DNA from: an uncultured Gammaproteobacteria bacterium
GTDB taxonomy: Bacteria > Pseudomonadota > Gammaproteobacteria > Pseudomonadales > UBA5518
NCBI GenBank assembly: GCA_903938575.1
Contig: CAJADV010000048.1
Location: forward strand, 1-51,874
Length of the DNA: 51,874 nucleotides
Direction of reading: 5' to 3'
Below, in pieces: positions 37,964-47,059 of this stretch. The stretch's first letter is position 1; every line of letters begins with the position of its first letter. The position numbers and the translations under genes are program-made. A model generated the notes under the pieces. It saw only the letters and a program-made list of their open reading frames with translations. It had not been told where the DNA came from and did not search any database.

Positions 37964-38667
37964 GCCTCTGAACCCCAGTCGACGGGGTCGATGCCGTTAT
38001 CTGCCAGGTAGCGGTTGGCACTGGAGAAGTGCCCGTTGCCGATGAAGCCCCGGTACGCGGAAAGCGGCGAGGGATGCGGTGAAACCAGTACCAGATGCCG
38101 GCTCCTGTCGACGATTCGACCCTTGCGTTGGGCATAACTGCCCCACAGCATGAACACCAGGTGCTCGCACCGGGCACTCAGCACCTCCACCACGCGATCG
38201 GTGAAGGTCTCCCAGCCTTTGCCTTGATGCGAGGCCGCATGGGCCTGCTCCACCGTGAGCACACTGTTCAGTAGCAGCACGCCCTGCTTCGCCCAGCGAT
38301 CAAGGCAACCGTGCGCCGGTCGCGGCAGGCCGAGATCGCGCTCGAGCTCGGCAAGGATGTTGACCAGCGAAGGCGGCGGTGCAACGCCCCGCGGCACGGA
38401 AAAACACAAGCCATGCGCCTGTCCGGGGCCGTGATAGGGATCCTGCCCGAGGATCACCACTTTCACGGCGGCGAAGGGCGTGCTGCGGAAGGCCGCGAAC
38501 CAGTTAGCCGCCGCGGGGTAGATCTCCACCCCGCGGCGCTTTTCGGCGATCAGGAAGGCCCGCAACTGCTGCATGTAAGGCTGCTCGAACTCGGACCCGA
38601 GCTCCGCGAGCCAGCCGGGTTCGAGGTCGATGCGCCGACCCGGATCAGCGCTCGTCGGGGACGCCAT
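37957..38667 (-). CDS. ung: uracil-DNA glycosylase
   Basis: [31 protein letters not shown] and HPSPLSA motifs. ATG 38667. Confidence 0.95.
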   Translation of the reverse strand: MASPTSADPGRRIDLEPGWLAELGSEFEQPYMQQLRAFLIAEKRRGVEIYPAAANWFAAFRSTPFAAVKVVILGQDPYHGPGQAHGLCFSVPRGVAPPPSLVNILAELERDLGLPRPAHGCLDRWAKQGVLLLNSVLTVEQAHAASHQGKGWETFTDRVVEVLSARCEHLVFMLWGSYAQRKGRIVDRSRHLVLVSPHPSPLSAYRGFIGNGHFSSANRYLADNGIDPVDWGSEAY

Positions 38668-39916
38668 GACGCCGCTGGTATGCGCTGAACAGTTCGCGCT
38701 CTCGCGCCTGGAACTCGGCATCGCCCGCCTCGTACCGATGGACCCCGAACTTTCCCTTGGGCTTGGCGGCGATATAGGCGCACATGCGCTCCTCGGCCAC
38801 TGCCCCGAGGGGCATCGAGAGCCGGGCGTAAAGCTCGCGGACAGCGACGAGAGGATCGTCCATCAGCTGCTGGTAGCGCGAATCAACGACACGATCGGCC
38901 GGCACGATGCCGAGATCACGCTGGCGCATGACGTTCTCGAGGCGCGAAGCCGTGGCTGCCCCCATGATCAGATCCTCGAAGGCCGAGGAATCGAAAGCCT
39001 TGTCGCTGCGCATCCAGTAGAGGCAACCGAGCAGGTTGGTGGCCGAGGCCATGCACTTCAGCGGGTCGCGGTGCGTCTGCACCACGCGGGCATCCGGATA
39101 GGTGGCGAACAGCGTGGGCAGGTGGCCCAAGTGATTCGGCGCCTTGAGCAGCCAGCGCGTCGCGTCACCCGCGCGCCATTGCAGCAGCTTCAGGACGCGG
39201 CGGTGATACCGGTAGGCGAGACTCCACTCATGGGTAAAGAGCCAGGCGTCGTAGGACGGCGTCTGCTGCAGCGCGGGAAAGTGTTCGCTCAGAAAGGTAT
39301 TGGCCATGATCATGCCGCACTCCGAGGGAATGCGTCCGCCCATCTCATGCATCGCGGCATAGGCCGGCACCACGCGGGCCCACTGCGTTACCAGATGATC
39401 GGCGCGTTGAATGCGTGCCTCGATGTCCTCGGTGCTGGCGAGCGCTGGCGGCGGGCAGGAGAACAGGAGCATCCAGGTCTCGGGAATCGTGAAGCCCGGA
39501 TCCTGCGCCAGCAGCTCGAAAAGAATAGAGGTGCCTGAGCGCGGCAATCCGGCAATGAACAACGGCTCGCGGATCTCCTCCTCGTCGATCTCGGGATGGC
39601 GCCGGTACCAGTCCTCGATATGCAGTCGGTTCTGCAGGAACACCAGCAGTTCGCTGCGGCACATGATGCGGCCGGTGAGGTTGAGTTCTGCCTCGGCCTC
39701 GAGGGCCTCGACCAGTACCCGGAACGGCGCTTCCCAATCGGGATCGCCGAAGTCCTCGAGACCTGTGGCGCGACAGGCGGCGTCAATCAGGCTCGCGGCA
39801 TCGAGGGGCACGACGGCGCTGATATCCATGCCGCGCCCTTCGGCATTCAACCGCTCCGCCCAGTCTGCGCGTGGCGGTGGCGTCCAGCGATCCCGGCGAT
39901 CGTCGCTCGCGCTCAT
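38645..39916 (-). CDS. sulfotransferase-family protein
   Basis: PAPS 5'-phosphosulfate-binding loop [14 protein letters not shown]. About 420 aa. The pattern matches bacterial sulfotransferase-domain proteins. Confidence 0.75.
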   Translation of the reverse strand: MSASDDRRDRWTPPPRADWAERLNAEGRGMDISAVVPLDAASLIDAACRATGLEDFGDPDWEAPFRVLVEALEAEAELNLTGRIMCRSELLVFLQNRLHIEDWYRRHPEIDEEEIREPLFIAGLPRSGTSILFELLAQDPGFTIPETWMLLFSCPPPALASTEDIEARIQRADHLVTQWARVVPAYAAMHEMGGRIPSECGMIMANTFLSEHFPALQQTPSYDAWLFTHEWSLAYRYHRRVLKLLQWRAGDATRWLLKAPNHLGHLPTLFATYPDARVVQTHRDPLKCMASATNLLGCLYWMRSDKAFDSSAFEDLIMGAATASRLENVMRQRDLGIVPADRVVDSRYQQLMDDPLVAVRELYARLSMPLGAVAEERMCAYIAAKPKGKFGVHRYEAGDAEFQARERELFSAYQRRHGVPDER

Positions 39917-39931
39917 GGGAACGGATCGCCC

Positions 39932-40375
39932 TCAGGACTCGTAGGCTTGGTCGATATTCGGGGCAAAGAGTTCCATGCCCGCAGGCACGCTGACGCAGCT
40001 CTCGTCCCAGAAGGCGCGGGCGCGCTGGATGAGACCCGCGTCGTTCACCTCGAAGTAATCGACCACGGCAAGATCGAGGCCTTTGTTTTCCGCCGGGACA
40101 CGCACCTGCATGGTAAAACGCAGTATCCCCTCATGGCCGTTGGCAATGATCTGGTCGATGCGCGGCAGAATGGTGCGCCCCTGATCGGCGCCCATATGCG
40201 CGAAATCCCAGAACTTCGATACGCCCTCGTGACCGATGAAGGGCGGCGTGCCCACTGGATCCTCCCAGGTGGCATCGGGTGCGAATATGCCGAGCAACAG
40301 GGCCTTGTCGCCCGTGGCCCAGGCCTGCATGTAGGTGCGGATGGCGTGTCTTACCTGATCGGGGGTCGCGGCCAT
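39932..40375 (-). CDS. SnoaL/NTF2-like (ketosteroid-isomerase fold) protein
   Basis: VRHAIRTYMQAWATGDKALLLGIFAPDATWEDPVGTPP is a typical SnoaL-like N-terminus. ATG 40375 has a GAGGAG RBS. Confidence 0.7.
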   Translation of the reverse strand: MAATPDQVRHAIRTYMQAWATGDKALLLGIFAPDATWEDPVGTPPFIGHEGVSKFWDFAHMGADQGRTILPRIDQIIANGHEGILRFTMQVRVPAENKGLDLAVVDYFEVNDAGLIQRARAFWDESCVSVPAGMELFAPNIDQAYES

Positions 40376-40409
40376 GGTGTGTTCTCCTCGGCGTATCGTG
40401 GCTGGAAAA

Positions 40410-41306
40410 TCAGCGGTGTATGACCTGTTCGGCGAAGCGCTGCATCGCTGCACGCTTGCTCTCTCGCAGGGCGGGATTGGCGCCCGGATCAAACCAGGGC
40501 GCCGTGATGAAAGGATTGGGCATCCACGGGCTCATGATCATCAAGCCCGTGACACCGGCCTCCTCGAGTTCGGCGATGGTCGCTGGCTCATGTGCTTCAG
40601 TGAGCGCGATATTCACGGCAAGCCCCTCGGCGCCAAGGCCTGCAGCCAAGCGCTCACGCCGCAGCGTCTCGACCATCGGCACGGCGGCAGCGCGATCGAG
40701 CGGCAACCCGAGCCAACCGTCATTGCGGGCGGCGCGACGCAACGCGGGCGCTGAGGCCCCACCGCACCACACCGGCACCGTAGACGGCGGTGGCGGGCAC
40801 ATGATGCCCTCGTCGAAGCCAAAGAACTCGCCGCGATGCGAGACCGGCTGGCCACTCCAGAGCCGACGCATGACGACCAGCAGTTCATCGAGGCGACGGC
40901 CACGGCTGCCGAAGTCGACGCCCATCAACTCGTATTCCTCGCGCAACCAACCCGCTGCCACGCCGAGCACGATGCGTCCGTTGGAGAGCACGCTCGCGGT
41001 GGACACGGCCTTGGCCAGCGTGATCGGGTCGCGCATCGCAGCGATGCAGATATTGGACGCGAGCCGCAGACGGGAGGTGACCGCACCCATGGCGGCGAGC
41101 GTGACCCAGGGGTCGGGCCAGGGCGTGTCTGACGGCCACCACATGGCGCCGTCCTCCGTGTAGGGGTAGCGGCTGTCGATCCGGGTGGGCATCAGCAGGT
41201 GGTCAGCTACCGTGATGCCATCGAAGCCTGCTTCCTCGGCCATGCGCGCGACATCGAGCAACTGGTCCTGCTCGGGAATCGTGGTGATGGAAAGCCAGTA
41301 CTCCAT
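40410..41306 (-). CDS. luciferase-like monooxygenase (LLM) class, probable F420-dependent oxidoreductase
   Basis: AEEAGFDGITVADHLL..., ...LGVAAGW... and a ~300-aa TIM-barrel pattern like Rv2161c-type F420 enzymes. It lies directly downstream of fbiC. ATG 41306 has a GGAGGA RBS. Confidence 0.75.
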   Translation of the reverse strand: MEYWLSITTIPEQDQLLDVARMAEEAGFDGITVADHLLMPTRIDSRYPYTEDGAMWWPSDTPWPDPWVTLAAMGAVTSRLRLASNICIAAMRDPITLAKAVSTASVLSNGRIVLGVAAGWLREEYELMGVDFGSRGRRLDELLVVMRRLWSGQPVSHRGEFFGFDEGIMCPPPPSTVPVWCGGASAPALRRAARNDGWLGLPLDRAAAVPMVETLRRERLAAGLGAEGLAVNIALTEAHEPATIAELEEAGVTGLMIMSPWMPNPFITAPWFDPGANPALRESKRAAMQRFAEQVIHR

Positions 41307-41335
41307 GAACGATCCTCCAGGTTTTTCCGGGGTGC

Positions 41336-43831
41336 TCAGCCGCTGCAACTGGCCATCGAATCACGGGCGATTATCCCCGCGCGGCGCTCGCCTGCCGGTG
41401 CCTTGCGTACCTGCGCATTGACGATATCCGCAAGCGGTGCTGCTGCCAGCGAGACAGCGCGGCGATCAGGATCGGCACTCGCATAAAGCGTGCTGCGCTG
41501 CCATGGCTCACGTCCCGCCGCGCTGATCAGTTGCTCGAGCGCCGCTGGCGGAAACTCCTGCCCGTGCTCCGCGCCCGCCGCCCGGGTGATCGACTCGTTC
41601 ATCAGCGTGCCACCGGCATCGTTGGCACCCGCGTTCAGGCAGGCTCGCAAGCCCTCGGGCCCGAGCTTCACCCAGGAGGCCTGTATGCTGGGGATTTCCG
41701 GATACAGCACGAGGCGCGCCACGGCGTGCATCAGCACGGACTCGCGGAAGGTGGGGCCGCGGCGCGCACGGCCACGGCGAAAGAGCGGTGCTTCCTCGGC
41801 CACGAAAGGCAGCGGCACGAACTCGGTGAAGCCGTGGTGCTCGCGCGCCAGGGCCTTGATCCGCAACAGGTGCCGCGCAAGGTGCTCGGGCTTTTCGACA
41901 TGCCCGAACATCACGGTGGCAGTGGTCTTGATGCCGAGCGCATGCGCGGTGCGCATGACCTCGAGCCACTGCTCGGTGTTTATCTTGTCCGGGGCTATCA
42001 CGGCGCGGACCTCGTCATCGAGGATTTCCGCCGCCGTCCCCGGCAGGGTCGCAAGACCCGCCTCGCGCAGCCGTGAGAGAAAGTCCGCGAGCGACAGGCC
42101 GAGTGTCTTTGCGCCCTGCCAGATCTCGAGCGGCGAGAAGGCATGGATGTGGATCCCCGGCACGGCTTCTTTGACGACCGCGCAGACATCGAGATACTTC
42201 TGACCGGTGTAAGCGGGATGGATTCCGCCCTGCAGGCAGACCTCGGTGGCACCGCGCTCCCAGGCCTCGGCTACGCGGCGGCCCAGTTCGGCATCGTCGA
42301 TGTCGTAGGGCGTGCCGCGCAGATCGTCGTGGCCCTTGCCCTTGGAGAACGCGCAGAAGTTGCAGTGGAAATAGCACACGTTGGTGTAGTTGATATTGCG
42401 GTTGACCACGTAGCTCACGCGATCGCCGTGCAGTCGCTCGCGCAGCGCATCGGCGGCCGCGCAAACCGCCGCGAAGTCCGCGCCACGCGCGCGGAGCAGC
42501 CAGGCGATCCCCGCCTCGTCGGGTTCCGCGCCATCGGCAGCCCGGGAGAGCAGCGCCGCAGTGCGCGCCGAAATGCTGCCGGCGTGCATGGCACGCCCCT
42601 CGAGCAGAGCTGTTTCAAATTCGGGCAGCCGAGTCGAGGAGCCCGTGACCCAAGCATCCGTGCGCGGAAAACCATCACCATCGACGGCCGCGAGAAGTTT
42701 CGGCAACAGCGCCACATCAGACCAGAGCGCGGCGTCACGCACCCACGCAGGATAGATCGTGAGGCGCTCCTGTAGGAACTTGCCCGTGGAAGCTGTCTCG
42801 GCGGCGAGTTGGTCGAGATGCGGCCAGGGTGCCTCGGGATTCACGAAATCGGGCGTGAGCGGCGAGACGCCACCCCAGTCGTTGATGCCTGCTTCGAGCA
42901 GTCGCGGCAACACGCCGGGGCTCAGGTTGGGCGGCGCCTGGATGCTGATAGAGGGGCCCAGCACCAGCCGCGCCACCGCGATGGTCCAGAGCAGGTCTTC
43001 GAGGTCGGGCTCCGGTGACCGGGCCATGCGCGTGCCCGGCTTGGCACGGAAATTCTGGACGATCACTTCCTGCAGATGCCCGTGCTCGCGTGCTGCATCA
43101 CGCAGCGCAAGCAGGGCCGAGACGCGCTCGAGGCGGGTCTCGCCGATGCCGATCAGGATGCCCGAGGTGAAGGGCACATGCGCCTCGCCCGCAAGCCGGA
43201 GGGTCTCGAGGCGTGCGGCAGGCAGCTTGTCGGGTGAACCGTGATGGGGCATGCCCTTGCCGCAGAGCCGCTCAGAGACGGACTCCAGCATGATGCCCAT
43301 GGACGGTGCCACGCGCCGCAGCATCGCGATCTCGGTGGCGTTCATGTTGCCGGCGTTTATGTGGGGGAACAGGCCGGTCTGCTCGAACACGGCGCCCGCC
43401 ACATGGGCGAGGTACTCGAGCGTGCTGGCAAAACCGAGCGCCTCGAGCGCCTCGCGTGCGGCGCGATAACGCAGCTCAGGTTTTTCACCCAGCGTGAACA
43501 GCGCCTCCTTGCAACCGAGCCGGGCGCCCGCGCGCGCCACCTCGAGCACCTGCTCGAGACTCATGAACGGCTGATCGATGCGTTTTGGCGTACGGGCGAA
43601 GGTGCAGTAATGACACACGTCACGGCACAGGTGCGTGAGTGGAATGAACACTTTTCGCGAGTACGTGATGACGTTGCCGAAACCGCTGTCACGCAGCGTG
43701 GCAGCAATCTGCATGAGCGCGCCCGTGTCCTCGACGCCGGCCAGCGCGAGCGCCTGGTCGTCGGAGAGTCCACTCGGGGAAACGGCTGCCTCGAGTATTG
43801 CGTCAAGCGGATCGGTCACGAGCACCTGCAC
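41336..43831 (-). CDS. fbiC: bifunctional FO synthase (CofG+CofH fusion, FbiC)
   Basis: Two radical-SAM CxxxCxxC motifs, CRDVCHYCTF (CofG half) and CYFHCNFCAF (CofH half). The ORF is open to 43948, but that would overlap cofC by 86 nt. GTG 43831 with AGGAGA 6 nt upstream is preferred. Confidence 0.9.
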   Translation of the reverse strand: MQVLVTDPLDAILEAAVSPSGLSDDQALALAGVEDTGALMQIAATLRDSGFGNVITYSRKVFIPLTHLCRDVCHYCTFARTPKRIDQPFMSLEQVLEVARAGARLGCKEALFTLGEKPELRYRAAREALEALGFASTLEYLAHVAGAVFEQTGLFPHINAGNMNATEIAMLRRVAPSMGIMLESVSERLCGKGMPHHGSPDKLPAARLETLRLAGEAHVPFTSGILIGIGETRLERVSALLALRDAAREHGHLQEVIVQNFRAKPGTRMARSPEPDLEDLLWTIAVARLVLGPSISIQAPPNLSPGVLPRLLEAGINDWGGVSPLTPDFVNPEAPWPHLDQLAAETASTGKFLQERLTIYPAWVRDAALWSDVALLPKLLAAVDGDGFPRTDAWVTGSSTRLPEFETALLEGRAMHAGSISARTAALLSRAADGAEPDEAGIAWLLRARGADFAAVCAAADALRERLHGDRVSYVVNRNINYTNVCYFHCNFCAFSKGKGHDDLRGTPYDIDDAELGRRVAEAWERGATEVCLQGGIHPAYTGQKYLDVCAVVKEAVPGIHIHAFSPLEIWQGAKTLGLSLADFLSRLREAGLATLPGTAAEILDDEVRAVIAPDKINTEQWLEVMRTAHALGIKTTATVMFGHVEKPEHLARHLLRIKALAREHHGFTEFVPLPFVAEEAPLFRRGRARRGPTFRESVLMHAVARLVLYPEIPSIQASWVKLGPEGLRACLNAGANDAGGTLMNESITRAAGAEHGQEFPPAALEQLISAAGREPWQRSTLYASADPDRRAVSLAAAPLADIVNAQVRKAPAGERRAGIIARDSMASCSG

Positions 43832-43862
43832 TGCATCTCTCCTGGCCAAGGCCGCCGCCGAT

Positions 43863-44555
43863 TCATCCCGCTTGCCGACGGTAGCTGTGAATCCAAGCCT
43901 GACTGCGCTCGCCGGGAGCATTGTCTTGAGTTTCACCGGGGTGCACAAGCAGCGCGAGATCGGCCGGGACGTCGATATCGAACGCGAGCGCCGGCTCCGT
44001 CAATTCACGGCAAGGTAGCCCCGCCTCAGCGCAAGCCTGCACGTGGCGGGCGCGGCTTCCGGGCCCGAAGAGCAGGGGAATGGCGAGCGGCGGCGAGAGC
44101 AGGAGGCAGTTGGTGCCGGTGCCCTCCCGATCGCTAACCAGCGTCGCATGAGGGATTGAGGGGCTGGCCGCATGAGCTGCCAGCAAGCGTCGCAGCGCGG
44201 GCCCGCTCGCACGGGGCAAATCCGCGTGGATCATCAGCACGGCCTCGGCACCAGAGCCCGCGGCGCGGCTCGCGGCCTCCGCAAGCGCTGCGTTCAGCGG
44301 ATCGCAGACCGCGGGCGAAGGCCGGAACAGAGCCACGCCAAGCCGCAAGGCAAAGCCAGCGACCTCGGGATCCTCGGAGACCAGCACGATCTGCGTGGAA
44401 GGCAACGGCAACTCGAGCAGCGCTCGGACCAGATCCTCGGCCATCGCCTCGACCAGCGCGCATCGCGCGGCGGCGGGCAACACGCCGGCGAGCCGTTCCT
44501 TGCCGCCGGCAAGCTGCCTGAGTGGCACCAGCGCCCAGGTGCCGCTACCGCTCAT
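43863..44555 (-). CDS. cofC: F420 biosynthesis guanylyltransferase CofC/FbiD
   Basis: WALVPLRQLAGGKERL...R..L..AM..D nucleotidyltransferase pattern. It sits between cofD and fbiC. 4-nt overlap with cofD. Confidence 0.78.
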   Translation of the reverse strand: MSGSGTWALVPLRQLAGGKERLAGVLPAAARCALVEAMAEDLVRALLELPLPSTQIVLVSEDPEVAGFALRLGVALFRPSPAVCDPLNAALAEAASRAAGSGAEAVLMIHADLPRASGPALRRLLAAHAASPSIPHATLVSDREGTGTNCLLLSPPLAIPLLFGPGSRARHVQACAEAGLPCRELTEPALAFDIDVPADLALLVHPGETQDNAPGERSQAWIHSYRRQAG

Positions 44556-45496
44556 GCCGCAAGCCCTGCGAGAAACTCCAGCACCTCGGCGGCGAGGCGC
44601 TGCTTAGAGGCAACATCGGTCATCACCGTGTCGGTGACCAACACCGCCATGCCGAGTTCGCGCACCGCATCGGCTTGCCCGGCATCAACCCGATCCAGCA
44701 CGAAGCCGCGCAGCAGACCACGGTAATGACGGGCAACCTCGAAGGCTGAGGGAGCAAGACCCAGTTGCTCCATCAGGGCTGCTGCCGGCCCCTTGATCGC
44801 TCGCCCACCCACGATCGGCGAGATCGCCACCGTGGAGGCAGCGGCCAGCCGCGACCGCAGATCGCCCAGGGCGAGTATCGGGTCGACGCTCAGCCAGGGA
44901 TTGGAGGGGCAAATCACCACGGCGGCGCCCCTGTCCAGCCACTCGAGCAGCGCAGGGTTGGGGCGGGCACTGGCAGCGCCCTCATAGCGCAATGCATGCA
45001 CGCGGGGCGCACAGCGCTCACGCACGAAATAGGCCTGGAAAGCGAGCTCGCCACGATCAGTCGTGAGCAGGGTGCGCACCGGGTCGTCGCTCATCGGCAA
45101 GAGCGCGTGGCGCACACCGAGCGCGGCGCAGAGCCGCGCCGTGACCGTCGAGAGCGTGTCGCCTGATCGCAGCATGAGGCTGCGCTGGAGGTGGGTGGCC
45201 AGATCCCGGTCGCCGAGACGGAACCAGTCCGGCCCGCCCAGCGCGGCCATCGCCTCCATGCACTGCCAGGACTCGCCCGCGAGGCCCCAGCCACGCTCGG
45301 GATCCGCGAGGCCTGCGAGCGTATACATCACGGTGTCTAGATCGGGAGAAATGCTGAGCCCCAAATGCTCGAAGTCATCGGCGGTGTTGGCGAGGATCGC
45401 GAGCTCGTCCGGGCCAAGACACGCCGTGAGCCCCAGCGCCAGCTTGGCGCCGCCCACCCCGCCGGACAGGGCGATGACCCGCGCTGGCCTGCTCAC
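44552..45496 (-). CDS. cofD: 2-phospho-L-lactate transferase CofD/FbiA
   Basis: VIALSGGVGGAKLALGL...GDRDLATHL...PSNPWLSVDPIL are characteristic CofD motifs. Confidence 0.88.
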   Translation of the reverse strand: MSRPARVIALSGGVGGAKLALGLTACLGPDELAILANTADDFEHLGLSISPDLDTVMYTLAGLADPERGWGLAGESWQCMEAMAALGGPDWFRLGDRDLATHLQRSLMLRSGDTLSTVTARLCAALGVRHALLPMSDDPVRTLLTTDRGELAFQAYFVRERCAPRVHALRYEGAASARPNPALLEWLDRGAAVVICPSNPWLSVDPILALGDLRSRLAAASTVAISPIVGGRAIKGPAAALMEQLGLAPSAFEVARHYRGLLRGFVLDRVDAGQADAVRELGMAVLVTDTVMTDVASKQRLAAEVLEFLAGLAA

Positions 45497-46290
45497 CGAC
45501 GGAACAGATCCTTGGCCGGATCACGGATGAGTGCGCGCATGCCCTCCTCCGACGACTCCAGCCGGGCCCCGCGCACCAGCACGGCGGGAATGCCCTCATC
45601 GGCCTGACCCATCAGGAACGAAGCGGCAGCGGCAAGCTCGTCTGCAACCGCTACCTCGGTCATTTCCAGCAGGCGTCCAAAAAGATCGGGCTGACCGATA
45701 CGGTTCACCACCGGGCGGAACCCGGCGCAACCGATGGCAAAACCCGTGATGCCATTGCGCCACGCCCGACCCGCGCTGTCGTTGATGATGACGCAGACAT
45801 CGCGGCCGGTGGCCTCCCGCAAACCGCAGCGCAAGGCGCGCGCACTGGCGTCGGGGTCTTCGGGCAGCAGCAGCACACGGTTCGGGTCGGCCACATTGGA
45901 GCGATCGACCCCGGCGTTGGCGTGCACATAACCCAGCCGGTGCTCGACGATCAACGCCCCGGGACGCTGCCGCAGCACCGCCACCGATTCACGGAGGATC
46001 ACCTCGATCAGCCGCGGGTCCTTGTCGGCCAGCGGCGCCAGCCTCTCGGCCTCGGCCGAGGCCGTCACATCGCGCAGGTCGACGTAACGGTTCTCCGCTT
46101 TGGAGACGATCTTCTGGGCGACCACCAGCAGGTCGCCGTCGATGAAGCCGCCGGCCGCCCGCTCTGCAGCCGCAAGAATCGGCGCGACGATATCGTCGCC
46201 CGGCTCGATCAGCGGGATGCCGTCGAGGGCGTAGAGCCGCAGCGACTCACTCACCGTGGCTGTCGGTCCCGGTGATGCGGATGCCGGCAT
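45493..46290 (-). CDS. cofE: F420-0:gamma-glutamyl ligase CofE (stand-alone, no FbiB C-terminal domain)
   Basis: GIPLIEPGDDIV...VVAQKIVSKAE...ANAGVD...INDS is a CofE pattern. 265 aa. ATG 46290 overlaps npdG by 44 nt (alternative GTG at 46254). Confidence 0.82.
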   Translation of the reverse strand: MPASASPGPTATVSESLRLYALDGIPLIEPGDDIVAPILAAAERAAGGFIDGDLLVVAQKIVSKAENRYVDLRDVTASAEAERLAPLADKDPRLIEVILRESVAVLRQRPGALIVEHRLGYVHANAGVDRSNVADPNRVLLLPEDPDASARALRCGLREATGRDVCVIINDSAGRAWRNGITGFAIGCAGFRPVVNRIGQPDLFGRLLEMTEVAVADELAAAASFLMGQADEGIPAVLVRGARLESSEEGMRALIRDPAKDLFRR

Positions 46291-46927
46291 GGCATTTGAA
46301 AGTTCGGTTGATATTGATGATCACGGAGGTGAGCGCCTCGGCGGCGGCGGCGTTGGCGATGGGGCCGGCATGGAAGCCGCGCATGCCGCAGTCCTCGATC
46401 AGAGCGATCACCTCGGCGCGCGCATCCTTGTCGTTGCCGCACACAAGTACATCGCACTCGATGCCCTGGCCTTCCTGCAGGTGGTGGGCGGCCACGTTCT
46501 GGAACGCGGAGACCACCTTCACGCCATCCCCGCAGATCTGCTGGGCGGCCTGCCCTGCGGAACCCTCGGCGGGAAGTTGCACCGTGCCCACTTTGGGCGG
46601 CATGAGCGGCACCGTCACATCTACCAGGATCTTGCCCTCCAGCGCGGACTTCACGTGCTCGAGCGTACTGCGCTGGTGCGCGAACGGCACCGTGAGGACG
46701 ACCAGATCGGCCGCGCGTGCAGCCTCGAGGTTTTCCATGGCCAGCACGCCGCCGGCATCGGCGCCGCGCTCGGCCATGACCTTGCGCAGGTCCTCTAGCG
46801 CCTCGAGGGCCTTCTCCTCGGAGCGTGAACCGATGATCACGCGGTGACCGGCCTGGGTCCAGCGACGCGCGAGACCCGTGCCGAGCGCACCGGTGCCGCC
46901 GAGAATGGCGATGCTTTTGGAACTCAT
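46247..46927 (-). CDS. npdG: NADPH-dependent F420 reductase
   Basis: IAILGGTGALGTGLARRWTQAGHRVIIGSR Rossmann N-terminus typical of NpdG/Fno. ATG 46927 has a GGAGGA RBS. It heads the F420 gene string. Confidence 0.82.
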   Translation of the reverse strand: MSSKSIAILGGTGALGTGLARRWTQAGHRVIIGSRSEEKALEALEDLRKVMAERGADAGGVLAMENLEAARAADLVVLTVPFAHQRSTLEHVKSALEGKILVDVTVPLMPPKVGTVQLPAEGSAGQAAQQICGDGVKVVSAFQNVAAHHLQEGQGIECDVLVCGNDKDARAEVIALIEDCGMRGFHAGPIANAAAAEALTSVIININRTFKCHAGIRITGTDSHGE

Positions 46928-47059
46928 GAATCCTCCAGAATGGGTGGGGCTGGCTGCCGCACAAAAGGGCGCCAGTATACTTAGCCCGCGACGCGTGGCG
47001 GTATGCTTACACCGATCGCGCGCAATCGGATCCCCAGTTCTCTCAGGAGTCACCCGCCA

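Noticed and set aside
43832-43948. Upstream extension of fbiC to ATG 43948
   Set aside because: It would overlap cofC by 86 nt. An in-frame GTG at 43831 with an AGGAGA RBS gives a length comparable to known FbiC proteins. This remains uncertain without alignment.
46928-47059. Palindromes in the npdG/SDR divergent region (AGTATACT near 46973; CCGAT-N8-ATCGG near 47013-47030) as operator or promoter
   Set aside because: They are short and no convincing -35 partner exists on either strand. There is not enough evidence to annotate them.
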